In this document: positions 50,026-63,320 of the stretch, piece after piece
How positions within the stretch are numbered: the stretch's first letter is position 1
How the letters are laid out: every line of letters begins with the position of its first letter
Origin: Lepidodermella squamata
Lineage: Eukaryota; Animalia; Gastrotricha
Assembly: GCA_047495785.1 (NCBI GenBank)
Contig: JBLDXI010000034.1
Location: 930,001 to 994,000, forward strand
DNA: 64,000 nucleotides
Direction of reading: 5' to 3'
Translations under genes and position numbers: made by a program
Notes under the pieces: model-generated
What the model saw: the letters and a program-made list of their open reading frames with translations, nothing else
Told to the model about the DNA's origin: nothing
Database searches by the model: none

Positions 50026-51125
50026 TATTCAACCCAGACAGCCCGAACATACAAGGACGCCCGAACACATTTTTCTATCTACCCATCTAGCTCGCACTCT
50101 ACACATCGCCCATAACGCCCGGCCTCTCAAGACCGGGTAGCTGCGGGAAAAGTGATCACGCACGCCATTCGTAGCTGCAAAAATTGCAAAAACACTAAAT
50201 TTAAGTGATCAAGTAGTGCAATGATTTTATTTCTGCTGCTGAATACTGTATACGTACTAATTTTCGCGGTGATCTCGAATTCGCGAATTGCCCAAAAATG
50301 ACCCTTTTTTATTTTCGCCAAATTTTAAATCCGCGAGCGCGATCTTGGATAATTGCGTGATAAAACAGTAATTTTCGCAAAAATCTTGAATTCGCGAGGA
50401 TACCGCGATCTCGATAAAAGTTATATGCCTTTCGCGTAAAATTCGAATAATATTTTCTCTTGATTTGTGAGCATAAGCATAAATCAGCTATCGCAATAAA
50501 AAATCGCGAAAGTAAGAGTTTTTAGCACCAGATCCCGAATGCATGTTTTTACTCGCCCGTATTTCCCAGCTCGCCCGCGTAGATGATGATTTCATAAAAA
50601 AAATGAAATCGGCCCGCCCGCAAAGCCCGGATTTTTTATTGCTCGCCCGTACAATCCGTCGGGTCTCACGCCGACGCTAATCGCTAGTAATAAAGGTGCG
50701 GATCATCTTGTCTATCGAGCTTATGAATACCGAACGAAAGCCATACGAAGCAAGTCACAGAAGGACACGGGCAATAACACCATAACCCGGTGGCTGAAGA
50801 AGGTTGGTCGGAGCATGGGCATGAAGCAGACCAACGATAAATCGAGTGGGCGCTCAGTGCGTGGCAATTTCAAACAACGCGCTGCGACTAGCCGAGACAA
50901 GCTGCGTGAAGTGCGTACTGGTGTGATAAGCGGCGTAAGCCTAGGTGTAATTGTTGCTATTGGTTCAGAAAGAGCAACTCAACGTCTTTGTGAGCGTGTG
51001 CGAGCTAAGATTAATCCGCTGCCTGGCGCGTCGGTGTCAATGGCTGATATTGACTTGGAGTCTGTTCCGCACTTATTAAAGACAACCCGCGGCGAAGACT
51101 TCGTGTTATTCGACGCAAAGGACGA

Positions 51126-54100
51126 CCCAGACCGTCACGGCGAAGGGTGAACAACGGTGAACAAACGGGGGTGAACAAAGGGGTGAAATCGATTAGTTCA
51201 CCGTTGTTCACGCCTCCAACTGGGCGGGGAAATGTTCACTTTTGTTCGGCGGACACCACTCTTCTCCGTTGTTCACCGCTGATGACAAATTTGGTCGCCG
51301 CTGTTCATGCGCCACGTTTACACTGTTCAGCGTTGTTCATGCTTATTTTAAGCACTGTTCATCCTTGTTCCTGCCTCTTTTCACCACTGTTCACCCTTGT
51401 TCATGCTTATTTTATGCACTGTTCACCCTTGTTCATGCTTTGATACAGCACTGTTCAGGCTTGTTCATGCCTCTATTCATCATTGTTCAGCGTTGTTCTT
51501 GCGTCTACAGAGAAATTTTCACCCTAGTTCAGCGCCGAACCCGAAACACGAAATATTCATTTCAAATTAGTTTCATTTTATTTGTTCAATTATCGCAAAT
51601 TTATCACAATGTAAGGCTCTTTATAACCACAAATTAAGTTAAGTATCAATAGTCACACAAATTGCACACGAAAATAAAATCGTTCCAATGGCAGCTAACC
51701 ACTGCCGAATTCATTGCACCGAATTTTTGCCTCCAGCACCAGGGGCCCAGAGCTCGATTGAAGTGTTAGATCAACATCGGCAACTGCCCTACACAGGCTG
51801 GACAGGCGTGAAGCTGTTCTGGAAGATACAAAACATATTTAAAATTAGTTATTTAATTCAAATTCAACACAAAATTTCAATTTATAATTAATCATCAGAG
51901 TTTACCTGATTTTGAAGCTCAAGTCCTCGGCTGCCTTGCGTTTATTATTCGCCGCACGATTTCTCAAAATATCAAACCACGCTGAATAAATAATAAATAA
52001 AAAATAAGAAAATGATTAATTGAAAGATTTAATTATAGAAGAAGTAGAGGCTTTGACTTGCTTAATAGTTGAGCCGCTTCGTAAAATCCTAATTGAGAAT
52101 AAAATTGGAATGACCTTATTAATAGTAAAGAAAAGGCTATTACCGATCAGGATTCTCAGCGGTCGACTTGTCCCAAGTTAATACATTGCGAGAGAAATTG
52201 TGCCAAAACTTATTCGATAAAATGGCCTGCTTTCTAGAAGTAAAAAAGCGAGACTGAAAGACAAATTTCCTCACTCCTAGACGTCGTCATTCTGGTTACA
52301 TAACAAAGAAAGCCTATTGCGTAACAATCGCGCACCATGACGCAACACAGAAACGCGACCTCGAAAACTAGGTCAATAATTTAAACCGAATATTTAATCA
52401 AGTTTTTATTGTTTTTTTGTATCAACGCAACGTGAATCATCAAAGTTTCTAGAAAATTACAGTGCTTCAATTCATTTTTAATTTTTCTAAATTGTTGCTT
52501 AACATTTCAAGATGACAGGGCCCTGCTGGAATTAGTCCAGATTTTTCTAAATAAATCTGCCCGATAATTTTTTGAGAGAAATATCAGGAAAAAACCAGCC
52601 GATGTATTATAGAAAAATGTAGAGATCAATTGTCGAAAGTCGATCACGGTGATTTCCCTGGGAATAGGCTCATCCAGGTTTTTACAGTTTATTCATTCTT
52701 TATTTTTGAAACCTCGAAGAGCTACACAGTCTTGATTGGATCCTGCTCCTCCCTTCGGTCGTAGTAGGAGCGCCGGGTGAAACCCAGAACTAGAAATTAC
52801 GGACATGCTTTCCTTCAGCTGTCGTAATGATGGATATAAATAGTAAAAAAGACCAGTCGCCGCTATACATGTAGCTATATATGTATTACAGCTCTTCGCA
52901 TTGGCGCGCGCATGCGCATATACCGCTATATCTGTAGCAGACTGGTTACGACTGTGTTCAATTCTGATCTGAACACTTTAACTCCAAAATCAAGCGTTCC
53001 GAGCTCCAGGATTTAGATCCCCAAATTGGATCCAGATTTGGATCCGTATGCTGGCTCTAAGAGTGAGATTCAAGGTCTACATTGGCACATTAGAAGACCC
53101 TCATAAGAAACGGGCGTCAGTTGCGCCATCTCGCATTATGCATTGTTCGCGCGCACCGGGGCTTGTTGTCCCTAGCTGTAGCGTTTCTGGCGCGATATTT
53201 TTACAGGAGGTTCATGTCAATGGTCCCGGAATGAATTCATAGTCTCGGCCCTCGGCCTGGTTCGTCGATTTTTGATTTTTTAGAATTCAGATACCCTTAA
53301 AATGTTGGTATTTTTGGACATCCAAAACTGCATTCTATTGCTTTTTCTTGCTTTGCACCAGCGTATTGAGCGTGAAGACGTATATCATGCATAACTAACA
53401 TATGTCGGAATCACGGGGTGTTCTTCCCACCCCTTAATCTAAACATCGTCCTTTTTTAATTATTACTCACGGTTTTCATCTGATGGTGTTTTGTTCCTAG
53501 CCGCCTAAAGAAGCTACCAACCAGGGCTGGAAAAGGTGTCCCACCACTTCCCTCAGGTATTAGCGGTAGCGGAAGATTCGGATAATTCTGAAATTTTCAA
53601 TTTTTCTACGACTTCCCTCAGTGCTTGAAAAAACTCATGAATGAACGTCAAATTTTCCCGAGATTTCGGATCTCAATCTTAAGTAGGAACAATTTGGGCA
53701 GGTGGCAAGGCTTCCAGAGAGAAGAATGCTATCGCCAAAAAACTTCGAATTCAGAATCAGCGCGACATTTTGAGCAGAGATATGTGTTGCACGACCGATT
53801 AACGGTTAATGGCATTATTCGAGCAATACGATAAGATAAAATGGCGACTGATAAAGAGAAATGTTCAAAGTACGGGATTGATATTACTGCAGAAATAGAA
53901 CGACTTTTCCAAAAAGGAGTCGTTAGTAAGGAATAATTTCGTTTTCTGTGGATTCAACTTATCCATTTCAATCCTTGGAGAGATATAATTTGCTTTCTTT
54001 AAATTATTTCACTTAGGAAATGACCAAAAAAACCAGACCTTCACTAGGGAAAAACTGGGATTAAAATGGGATTACGCTGAAATAAAGGAATGGAAGTTAC

Positions 54101-56631
54101 TAATGCAGCGAGGCGCTTTGTGCCAGAACCCTTCGGACGACCTCTGCACAGCGAGGAAAGTAGCACCAGGGACGCCAGGGACAACGAGAGTAGTACCAGG
54201 GACGCGTACCTGGTAGGTTTGAGGGTCAAGGTGTCCCCGCCAGGGAAGCTGAAATCCCCGGCAGGTTGGCTGGCGGAGCGTAGTTGTATCGCAAAATGAG
54301 GGTAAGGCTAATTTCAGTCTTATTTACGGCAAAATATCTTTAGCTAAGTTCGCTTCGCTCGCTGTAATCACAGCGTATGCTGTTTTGAAATTTGCGCACG
54401 ACTTACTGAGTAGATCAGAAGTATTAGCTTAGTTGAATACTTTATTCGTAAACAACTTGGAAAAATGCAGTTTATTCATCAAAAGGCGATAGAATTCAAG
54501 TATTTTATAGGTGAACCAAATCGTAAGGTCGATTTTGAGTTTAATTTTTGAAGTTGTACGAGATTTGTACGAGAGTTGTACGAGAAAATAGCGTCAACTA
54601 AAGCTCGCAAAACACAAAGTTGATTACAATTTGAAGTTCTCTATCAAACGACCATTTTCGGCCAATCGGGGGCGAAAATTGAGGGGGGAAATGAAATAAG
54701 AACCGTTTAAATAAGAAATCTTTTGAAAAGGCGTTATCGGACAAATTTCCTCGAATGGAATTCGGTCAATAAAGCGCCCTCAACAGAGCAAATGAATGTA
54801 ACACCCACCAAAAAGTTCTCATATAAAATAGGTAAGCATGATCTAAAATTGCTTATTGAAAGTTGTCGAGGGATGTGCGGTGAAGCCGCAAGTTTTGAAT
54901 AATCGTACAACTTATTTTTAGGAATCTGTGACTTGGATCCGTCACGGACCATCACTTAGCAAACTCTTTCTGGCAGGGGCGATGATCATGATGGATGCAA
55001 AAATGCCAGTTCTTTTGAAAAACGAGAATTTTTAATAAAAATCGCAAAGAGCATTTTCGCCACCTTCGCGCAAATCCCATTCTAATGAGAATTTCAGGAA
55101 AGTTTAACAAAGACTAAATCTGTCGACTGATGGAAATCGCTTAAAAAACTCCTTGTTCCGGAATAATACGGGTCAAAAAAATGTTCTTATTTTATTTGTA
55201 GCTTAGAGTATAAATACGTGAACGTGAAGGCGAAGCGAGACAATTTATTTAGAAATCGGCGAAGGTAACGATATGTGAGGAATGATAATCTCATTTAAAA
55301 ACGTGGAGATCATAATGTAATACAGTGGATGAGATTCAGGATAAAATGAACAGTGACCCATCTTTTCAGCTTTAGCGCGGATAGGGCGTATATTTTCATA
55401 TTGCCCCAGCCCCCACATCCCTGGTAATGCTATTTTTGAAATGGCAAGTTTCCGAAATAATAAGACAATAAGACGGCGAGCCTTTCAGTCACTTATGTTC
55501 TTTTTGAATTCAAATTAATCAGTAATCAGTATTTTTACCACATAATAAGCTAATAACAACGATTAGCCGCGCCGACTTATGTTTATTAATAAAATTTCTA
55601 CTATGATGGCAGAGCGCATATTTGCTACCAATATTTTTGCTTGCGTTCTTTTCAGAAGAAATTTCATGGAATTTTGATCACGGATAAGATCTATCAATTA
55701 CTAAAAACCGCATCGAAAAATTCCTGATTGTTCTCGAGTAATCGGAAGAATTCGGAGAAATAAATGTGCCTCTACTCATCGCTATTTATTTTTCTTGTGC
55801 GCACACGGCATTTATTGAAGGTGTGCGGGTCAAGTGCGCGCGTGCGCGGCTTCAGACAAGCGGACGGACGGACAGACGGACAGACAGACGGACGGACAGA
55901 CGGACGGACAGACGGACGGACATTTCTGACTGTATAGTACCGGGTTTCACCCGGCATTAATTTCGCCGTGAGATGTCGCCTTGATGCTGAGAAATAGCAA
56001 AAAATCTCGAAATCTCGAAAAAACAGATGAAAAACCATGATAATAGCAAAACGCTGACGATCAAGTATACAACAAATGGGTTATATTTCACCACCGAAAT
56101 GCGACGCTGAACAAGGTAAAAGCAGGTATTTTGCGCTTACTGAAAGCAAAGCGTCGTCTGCAAATATCCCAGCCCGGTACGAAGATAGGCGATTGAAGGG
56201 TGAAATAATGTTCACCCTTGTTCATCGAAATTCCTGAGAACAGCGGTGAACAACTGTCTATAAAATATTGGGTTAAACATGTTATCACTGTTTTTAGCGA
56301 AGCCGTTGTTATTCCTTGTTCGCCTGCCGTCTGAAGGTGAACAAGGATGAACAAATTTTGTTCACCCTTGTTCACGAATGAGATGAAAATTTGGTTTTCA
56401 TTTTTTTAGCTTTTTCACCTAATCCGTTGTTCCTCATTGTGTCGTCTGTTGAGTGAACAACGATGAACACCCAAGTCGTCACATCTGTTACCCATGAACA
56501 CTAGCGAACAAATTGTTCACCCCTGTTCTCCTTTTTCTCATAAAAACGGCTAAATGTTCGCCGTTGTTCACCGCGTTTTCGTGCCAAAACTCACTGTTTA
56601 TCGTTGTTCTCCTATGCCGTGCCGGTCTGGG
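51126..56631. mobile_element. CACTA/EnSpm-like non-autonomous element (~5.5 kb)
   Basis: TIRs CCCAGACCGTCACGGC / GCCGTGCCGGTCTGGG, 2-bp TSD GA, many TGTTCACC/GTGAACA subterminal repeats at both ends. Confidence 0.8.
55862..55922 (+). repeat. (GACG/GACA)n microsatellite
   Basis: Read directly. Confidence 0.9.
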
Positions 56632-57865
56632 GAGGACTGCATTATCTGCTTCGGAACTCGTTGAAATCTTGAGCTATTGAAGGAGTGTCGCCGCATGTCC
56701 GGGGATACGACATTTTGGATTCCTCCATCTCTCCAGCCAGCCAGATATACACGTTACACGCCGTTACCGAGGGTGCCCAGTTCACTGTTGCTTACGCCCT
56801 TCTCCCCTGTAAGGATGGGCCAATCTACGACAATCTGCGGCTGTTAGTACCTGACTTGTATTTCGATCAAGTTACGCTTGACTTCGAGCAAGCGGCAATT
56901 GCAGCAAAGCAACAACTTGGCCGAATGCGATTATTTTGGCGTGCTTTTCCATCTTTTTCAGGTTGTGTAAAAAATGTGTTAAAGCCTGTTAATAAATTTT
57001 TAGGCTATTTTTAGGCCATTTTTATAGTTAACAAACCCCACCCCTCGCCATTCGAGCTTCTCTCCTTCTTTTTAAAAGAACATGATCTATGTGAGAGCCG
57101 TCTCGCGGCTGGCGAGAAATACAAGCGGTCCTACCCGGCCGAAGTGAAGCACAACCTTGCTTTGGATAAAATTTGCTCGTCGGTTGAACTGAATCACTAA
57201 ATTGTTTTAAATCTTTGGAAGCGTACCTTGTGACAATTGATTTACACTTTGAAATGAAAAAAGACAAAAATCGGAACATTCCTTCAGAATTGTTGACTAA
57301 TTAATTTATGCTAATTAATGACTAATTAATTTATGAGGCAAAAAATCAGCAAAAAATCAGCAAAAAACAGCTACAAAAATTTGAACCTCTGTCCGAAATT
57401 AGGACTTCTGGACAGTTATAGTGCGATGTGCGATATACAGCTGAAGAGAAAAAGGATATTGGGATATAGCGTACCAAAAATAATTGAATTATGTACCAAA
57501 TTATTCCAATTCCACATGTCCAATTCTGACCGTAACCCTGACCAGTTAAAAAACGAATAAAATGGTTAGCTATTGAATTAAATGAAACTTGGTACCGCCG
57601 TAAGATTTTCCCAAGAAGGCTTGGCAGTTATCGAAAAGAGAGAATAACACTTAGTCTATTTCGTGAAGTAATCACCACAGACCAGGCTATTACCGATATA
57701 TCCAGCAGCTTTAGGTTAAATAACAATTACAGAGTCAGAAGTTAGAATTTCACGATTCTAATATATATCCAGCAGCTATGGGCAAAATGACAGTTACCAA
57801 GTTATAGTTTCACGAGTTTTCTATGTCTATGGTTTCACGATTCGAACATGGCTTGCTACTAGGGA

Positions 57866-60800
57866 TCAGGCAGCGACATTGAAATCCGCTATGACAGAAT
57901 CGTAGTTCAAATCTACGCGAGAAATGATAATTATATGAACAAACAAGAATACTATGACGCCAGATATCAGAGAGTAAATGTCAATAGTACGAACCAAGCC
58001 GATTCTGCCATTAAAGTACCGCTTCTGACGTCTGATTGAGGCATTTGGATCATAGTAAGATGCAGCAATCCACAAAATCACCAGGTTGTATATAGTCGCT
58101 GCGATGCAAAACCAAGTCAGACCCTGAACCATCTTGCCGAGAAGAGTCTCATAAGGCTTTTTCGGAACTTCAATCAAAATCGCACTTTGCATAACGGTCA
58201 TGGTTAGAAGCACGGTGACAGAAAATGCAGCTCGATCTGGTACATCCGGCGGCATCATGAATAAGAATAAATTTAAAGAGGCGAGGGTCGATGATGGAAT
58301 GGCGAAATTTTTTATGTAATACCACGGATTCCTTCGTAAAACCACCGTGAATTTGAATGTAGAAACGAAGAAGCCTTGATAAAAATCTTTGCCAGTCGCA
58401 TTCCCGGTCGAGACTATGGTCCAGCTGTCTCCGGATTGTGAATGCTTGAAATCGAATAGAAGGTCTTCCTCATCAACACGCAATAGATTGATGTCGCGCT
58501 CAAGGGAGAACTCGAAACTGCAATTTTGAGTGTCGAATGGAAACAAATGAAGGGATAGCTCGCAGCTAGCCTCGAATAGGCCTTCTTTTTGCCAGTAAAA
58601 TTCGAATGTTCGATTAACTTTTGGCACCTTTGATGACATCATCATCAAATAGTCGTCATTGATAGTCATGTTTTGCATTTGGAGGTTCGAGTTGGTTGCT
58701 GATAGAAAGCGGATCTTCGGTAGCCACAAATTGCTGAGATTGTCGATGTAAATGGTTTCGAAGTTTCTGCCGGTTGGGAGGGCAGGCGAACAGAACCACG
58801 GGCATGTATTAACTCGCCAATATAGAACCATCAGAGCTTTTACAGTTATGATTTCGCCAACTGTATCTATCTCGTTCAAACCCATTACTTGAAAGCCAAC
58901 GTTCACCTTGAGAGGAGCGTCGTAATTTGACAAATTTTCGCCATTCCGAGGGACGTAAACTGAAGCGTTGAAGTGGTCACATCTCTGCTGAATAGCAGTC
59001 ATGTTATCGATGTAGTTGAATTGTGGGACTCCGAAGATTGGTACCATTTGCTCTGCGATAGATTTGCCACTCGAGTAAACTGCACTCTCAGAGGCCAGGC
59101 GACCACATGAGTTGCTCAAGTTGAAGACTTCTTCAGGGCTCAAAGCCACGTTGTAGAAATGAAAACAAGCAAATTGCGTGTCTGGATTTTCAACATCTAT
59201 CAGCATTTCTTGTTTGTAGCCAATACCTAATTCCAGCGAGAGTTGGTCTATCCAACCGCCCCAGAATGGCATTGCAACCTGAAAGCTGTCGCTTGAGCAA
59301 TTATCTGTCGAAAAAGGGGAGAGAAATCATTATAGAAAACATTTGCGCTAGTATTTGGCATTTGGCCTTTCTTCATACGATGCACTGCGCAAAGTAGGAT
59401 ACTTTTAACTAGGGAGTATTTAGCGGATCCGAATCATAGGACTAACGGATCCGTCCAGTGGTCGTTGTGAATATTTTCGCCTAGCCTCGTGGAGGTACGA
59501 AGTGGACTGAATTCCCCCGGTGCTTCGCGCGCACAATATCTACGATAGGTACCGTACATACCGGAATTAAAGAGAGTCTTTTTATTACGTTCAAGCTGTC
59601 TGAAAACCCATCCCTTCAAATCAGCGAGGGTTAGGAGTTGGGGTGATTACAATTTTATTTAGTTAATTGAAGGTACTCACCTTTTGATGTAAGTTCCAGC
59701 GCGTAGGTAACCGCAAGTGAATGTGTCGTGCAGGTTTTTGCAACAACGTCCACTGTTATTGCAAAAAACATCCAAGTTTTGGGGTACACATATTCTAGAT
59801 AGGGTTCTCTAACATCTTTATCGTTATATGTAAAATTTTTCATTGATGATCTATTATTAAGGGGAATGAGAAGGACAACCGAGTGGCCCTCATTATTGCC
59901 TTTCTCATAACAGAAAACAGTTAGGAACCCAAGAATAGTAACAATACCGCGCCCACCTATGCCATCGCGGTTCAAGTACTCGCATGTCGAAGACTTGATG
60001 TAAAATGCGAACGTAAATGCAGATTGCGGCCGTGGCAGGCCGTCGTAGGCAACCACGCCACGAGCTGGATTGATGTCATCATCGGTCATATTAAAGGCAA
60101 TGCTGCCCTGCGCATACGGTCCTTCAAATTTCGTCCGCTTCGCATTGTAAGAGCTGGGCTGGCGAGGCACAATGACGTTGCCATCCCCGTCCCAGCCGAG
60201 TAGATTCGAATCGAATGAAAGTGGCCAAAATCCGATGAGGTTCTCCCGGCGTGGGATCCCCGTCATGTCTATTCCACCGATTTCGCCTAACCTTGCTCTA
60301 GCTGCATTCCGGCACGGCGTGAGATACAACTCTTTTACCTCAGTCTCCGTTAAGGCATCTTTGTAAAATGAAACGCAGGATACAGTATACGCTCCGTCTT
60401 CTTTTTCTCCAAACACAAATTCTCGCGACGCCTCATTGATGTATATTTTCATCGGAATTTCCACTTCGTCGCGAGCCAGCTCGTTGATTAGATTATTCAT
60501 TCGATAGAAAAAAGCGGTATTCGTCAGATTGTCGTAAGTAACAGCCATCATGTAGCCATCCGCGTAGCGAGAATCAGGAGATTCTGAAAACATGCGTTGC
60601 CAACTATTTGGGCTCTTTTTCAAGTAAAGGTTATCGAAAACCATTTTGAAAAGTCCTTCCAACGAAATAGTTCCGAATTTGTAGTCAGTGTGCACCGAAA
60701 CCGTAAAGGACCTCGTAGTTTCTGGTATCAAATAGCTTGCAAGCCTTGTTCCTCTCGCCTCGTAGTAACCAGTATTTCCCACATTGTTCCGGCGAAATTT

Positions 60801-60989
60801 AGCTTTACTATTCGTTGAAAGCGGTCGAAGTTCTTTGTTTGTTCGCGTGTACCCGGTAAGACCGGAATAGGCGTCCATAGGCCAGAATGCGACCAGTTTT
60901 TCCAAGCGTGGTAGCTGAAGCTTTGAAACATCGAAACAGGTAGCACCTGCAACTAAACACCCAACTAAAAAACAGAGGTTACACTTCAT
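57866..60989 (-). CDS. Tandem LamG/pentraxin-like domains fused to a Cys-loop ligand-gated ion channel, copy 2, 915 aa (exons 60989-59681, 59304-57866)
   Basis: Same architecture and intron position as copy 1 (intron 59305-59680, GTGAGT...GACAG); start placed at MKCNL by comparison with copy 1. Confidence 0.88.
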
Positions 60990-61857
60990 AGCCGTGAAAA
61001 ATCGAAAAAATGACAGGATCAAAATCCTCCTCAACCATGTGTTGTAGCTTAATTTCCGGTGCAGTCCGAACCCGCATTTCATAGCTAAAAACACTCACTC
61101 TCCAAATATATGTTGTGATTCAATTTCCTGTGCGATAAAACCGATATTTCATTTCACCGGATATTTTGTAGTCGCATATTTGTTCGACTCGGGTATTGTG
61201 ATTTGCAACAATGTTGGAATTCTATGCACACAAAATGTATGCTTGTAAGTTTCCTCGAAGGAGAGGCTCAGGTGCGATGGAACATTTTGCGAATTCTTGC
61301 TTTTGTGTACCGGGAAATTTTGATACGAGCGCTGACGCTCAATACGATTTCAAAGCGAAGAGGCTTGGCACGCTTTTAGTGGAATATGAATGGAAATCGT
61401 ATTCATTTAAACAATTGAGCGGGACAGCGTACCGGCACATTTTCTTGAATACTCGAAGGCAGCGAAAACAACCGGCAAAACGAGCCTCCAGCTCCCTGCC
61501 CACCCCCGTACTCGAAACGTTGATTTTGGAAATTCGGGAAAATTCCAAGAATTTTCATTGGAACCAATCACACTGAAAAATTGTTTGAATAACCGCAACA
61601 TGGCATTGGCTCAGTGTGAATTAATTCGAATGCCGTAGCATTAGCTTCAGTTTGGGTGAATTCAGGTTATTGGGTTATCTTAATTTATACTTGGCCCGGC
61701 CCGCTATTGCTATTTACGATTAAAATAGCTCCACGCGCCCGATAAGACAGCCACGAGTTTTGTTTGTAACGCAACAACATGTTTTCCAAAAGATGCTCTT
61801 AAAAATATAAAAATAGAATATATTATAAATTGGTCACTATATTATTATTTGAAGAGA

Positions 61858-63320
61858 ATGAAGCCATTATCCACGTCCTTTATCGTTATTTTCTTCCTGG
61901 CCATCGACGCGGGAGTGAATGGCAATTTGGTTCGTTGCTTCTCGCAATTCGACGACACGTTCACCAGTTGCCGCGAGTTGCCAAATGGCTGTAATAAATT
62001 AAGCGAATACCGGGTATAAATTATTTCAAAATAATGCTCAGGTAATCACAGATTTATTTATCAGCTCGGCGCAAGTTCATCAGATCTATCAAATTGCATG
62101 AAGTCGGTGAGTTGTTTCATCTAATAGAGTTCGGTACTCGACTTTACTGTATTATATCCATACAGACTGCCAGATTGTGCTACCGATTCACGACAAATGT
62201 GGCAACATGTCGACCGGGCAGTCCTGGCTGTGCGAAAACAGACGAGATCATGGTTAGTCGGAATGGATTTCGTAGATTTTCAGATTTTTAAATTTTGTTA
62301 CCAGAGTTCTGAAAAAATTTGAAAAAGACAACTTGTGATTTGCCGCAAAATTTTCGGAACGCTTCCCAGTGGCATTAAATTTGAGCCTTATTTCTCATCA
62401 TCCTCAGAGATATTTTTAAATAAAAAAAACATGAGTTTAAAATTTTCATTTTAAATCGTTCATATCTAACCTAAGTGCAATGATATGATTGGTGTAGCTT
62501 TAACGATAAGCCTTCATTTCTAGATCGGCCCGTCTTACAACGGATTCTACCCACTGAAAACCAACATGAACAATTGTAACACGGATTTGAACGAATTTCC
62601 GGTAATGCGATACGACCTTTTTGCGAACTACCAAAGACTTATCAAATGAATAGAAAAAGAAATTTGACTCTTGTGTCGATTCGGCTCAGCAATTCTTCAC
62701 CTGCATTCCGAGCAGTTTTTCTTGTCCCAGCCCAACGGTCATTTTTTCCTTGGTTAATTGGGCTCCTTAAAACGGCTCTTGTTTCTTTACTTATAGGTAA
62801 AAGCAAAAACAGGCTTCACAGGCTTGGACGCGTGTCTTCAAAATTTCGGCGGTAATATTGTCCTATTTGATACTTGATTTGGCGTTTATTTTTGTTTCAT
62901 TTTTTCTGGTCAAAAATTCTTTTTTTGTCGTGTGGCCCAAATGATGTAGAATCCTCGAGCTTGAAGAGGAGGGAAATTTTGATATTTCGCTGAAATAATG
63001 ACTCCCACGGTCATGGGGTATTAGAATAGAAAATGGACCAGGAAAGTCGATTGGAAAATTCAACAAAATTGACTAATTTAGATAGAGTTTCTACGATGGT
63101 ACCCCATACCGCAATTTCTGCATCTCTCTTAAATAATTGAGCAACAAACTTTCTTTTAGGCTCAGCTGCTGATTCCGTGAAGCCTCATATTCGCTGTTTC
63201 AATGCCTCAACTAACGCGTTCACTGGATGCCGGCTGAGCAGCACGAAATGCCTGTCAGGGGAAACCGCGGAATTTTCAACTGGCGTCTACAGGAACAAAG
63301 CTACTTGCTTATCATGGGTG
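61858..63320 (+). CDS. Secreted Cys-rich micro-exon protein, paralog of the N-terminus of the 42.4-kb gene; 3' end unresolved
   Basis: MKPLSTSFIVIFFLAIDAG...RCFSQFDDTFTSC | LGASSSDLSNCMKS | TARLCYRFTTNVATC | IGPSYNGFYPLKTNMNNC match exons 1-4 of the 42.4-kb gene one for one. Confidence 0.7.

Larger units (their letters stand above)
50680..56990 (+). mobile_element. Decayed MULE (Mutator-like) transposase split by a nested insertion
   Basis: FLYWCH-like SNKGADHLVYRAYEY; LKTTRGEDFVLFDAKD continues after the insertion as EDCIICFGT, GDTTF, QIYTLH, ALLPCKD, TLDFEQAA; stops and frameshifts present. Confidence 0.8.

Noticed and set aside
51147-51637. Regularly spaced short repeats resembling a CRISPR array; His/Cys/Leu-rich ORFs
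   Set aside because: Degenerate TGTTCA subterminal repeats of the CACTA-like element; no unique spacers, no cas genes, eukaryotic context.
60990-61094. 35-aa N-terminal extension of channel copy 2 in the ORF track
   Set aside because: Starts at a non-ATG codon and is not open in copy 1; MKCNL begins the signal peptide in both.
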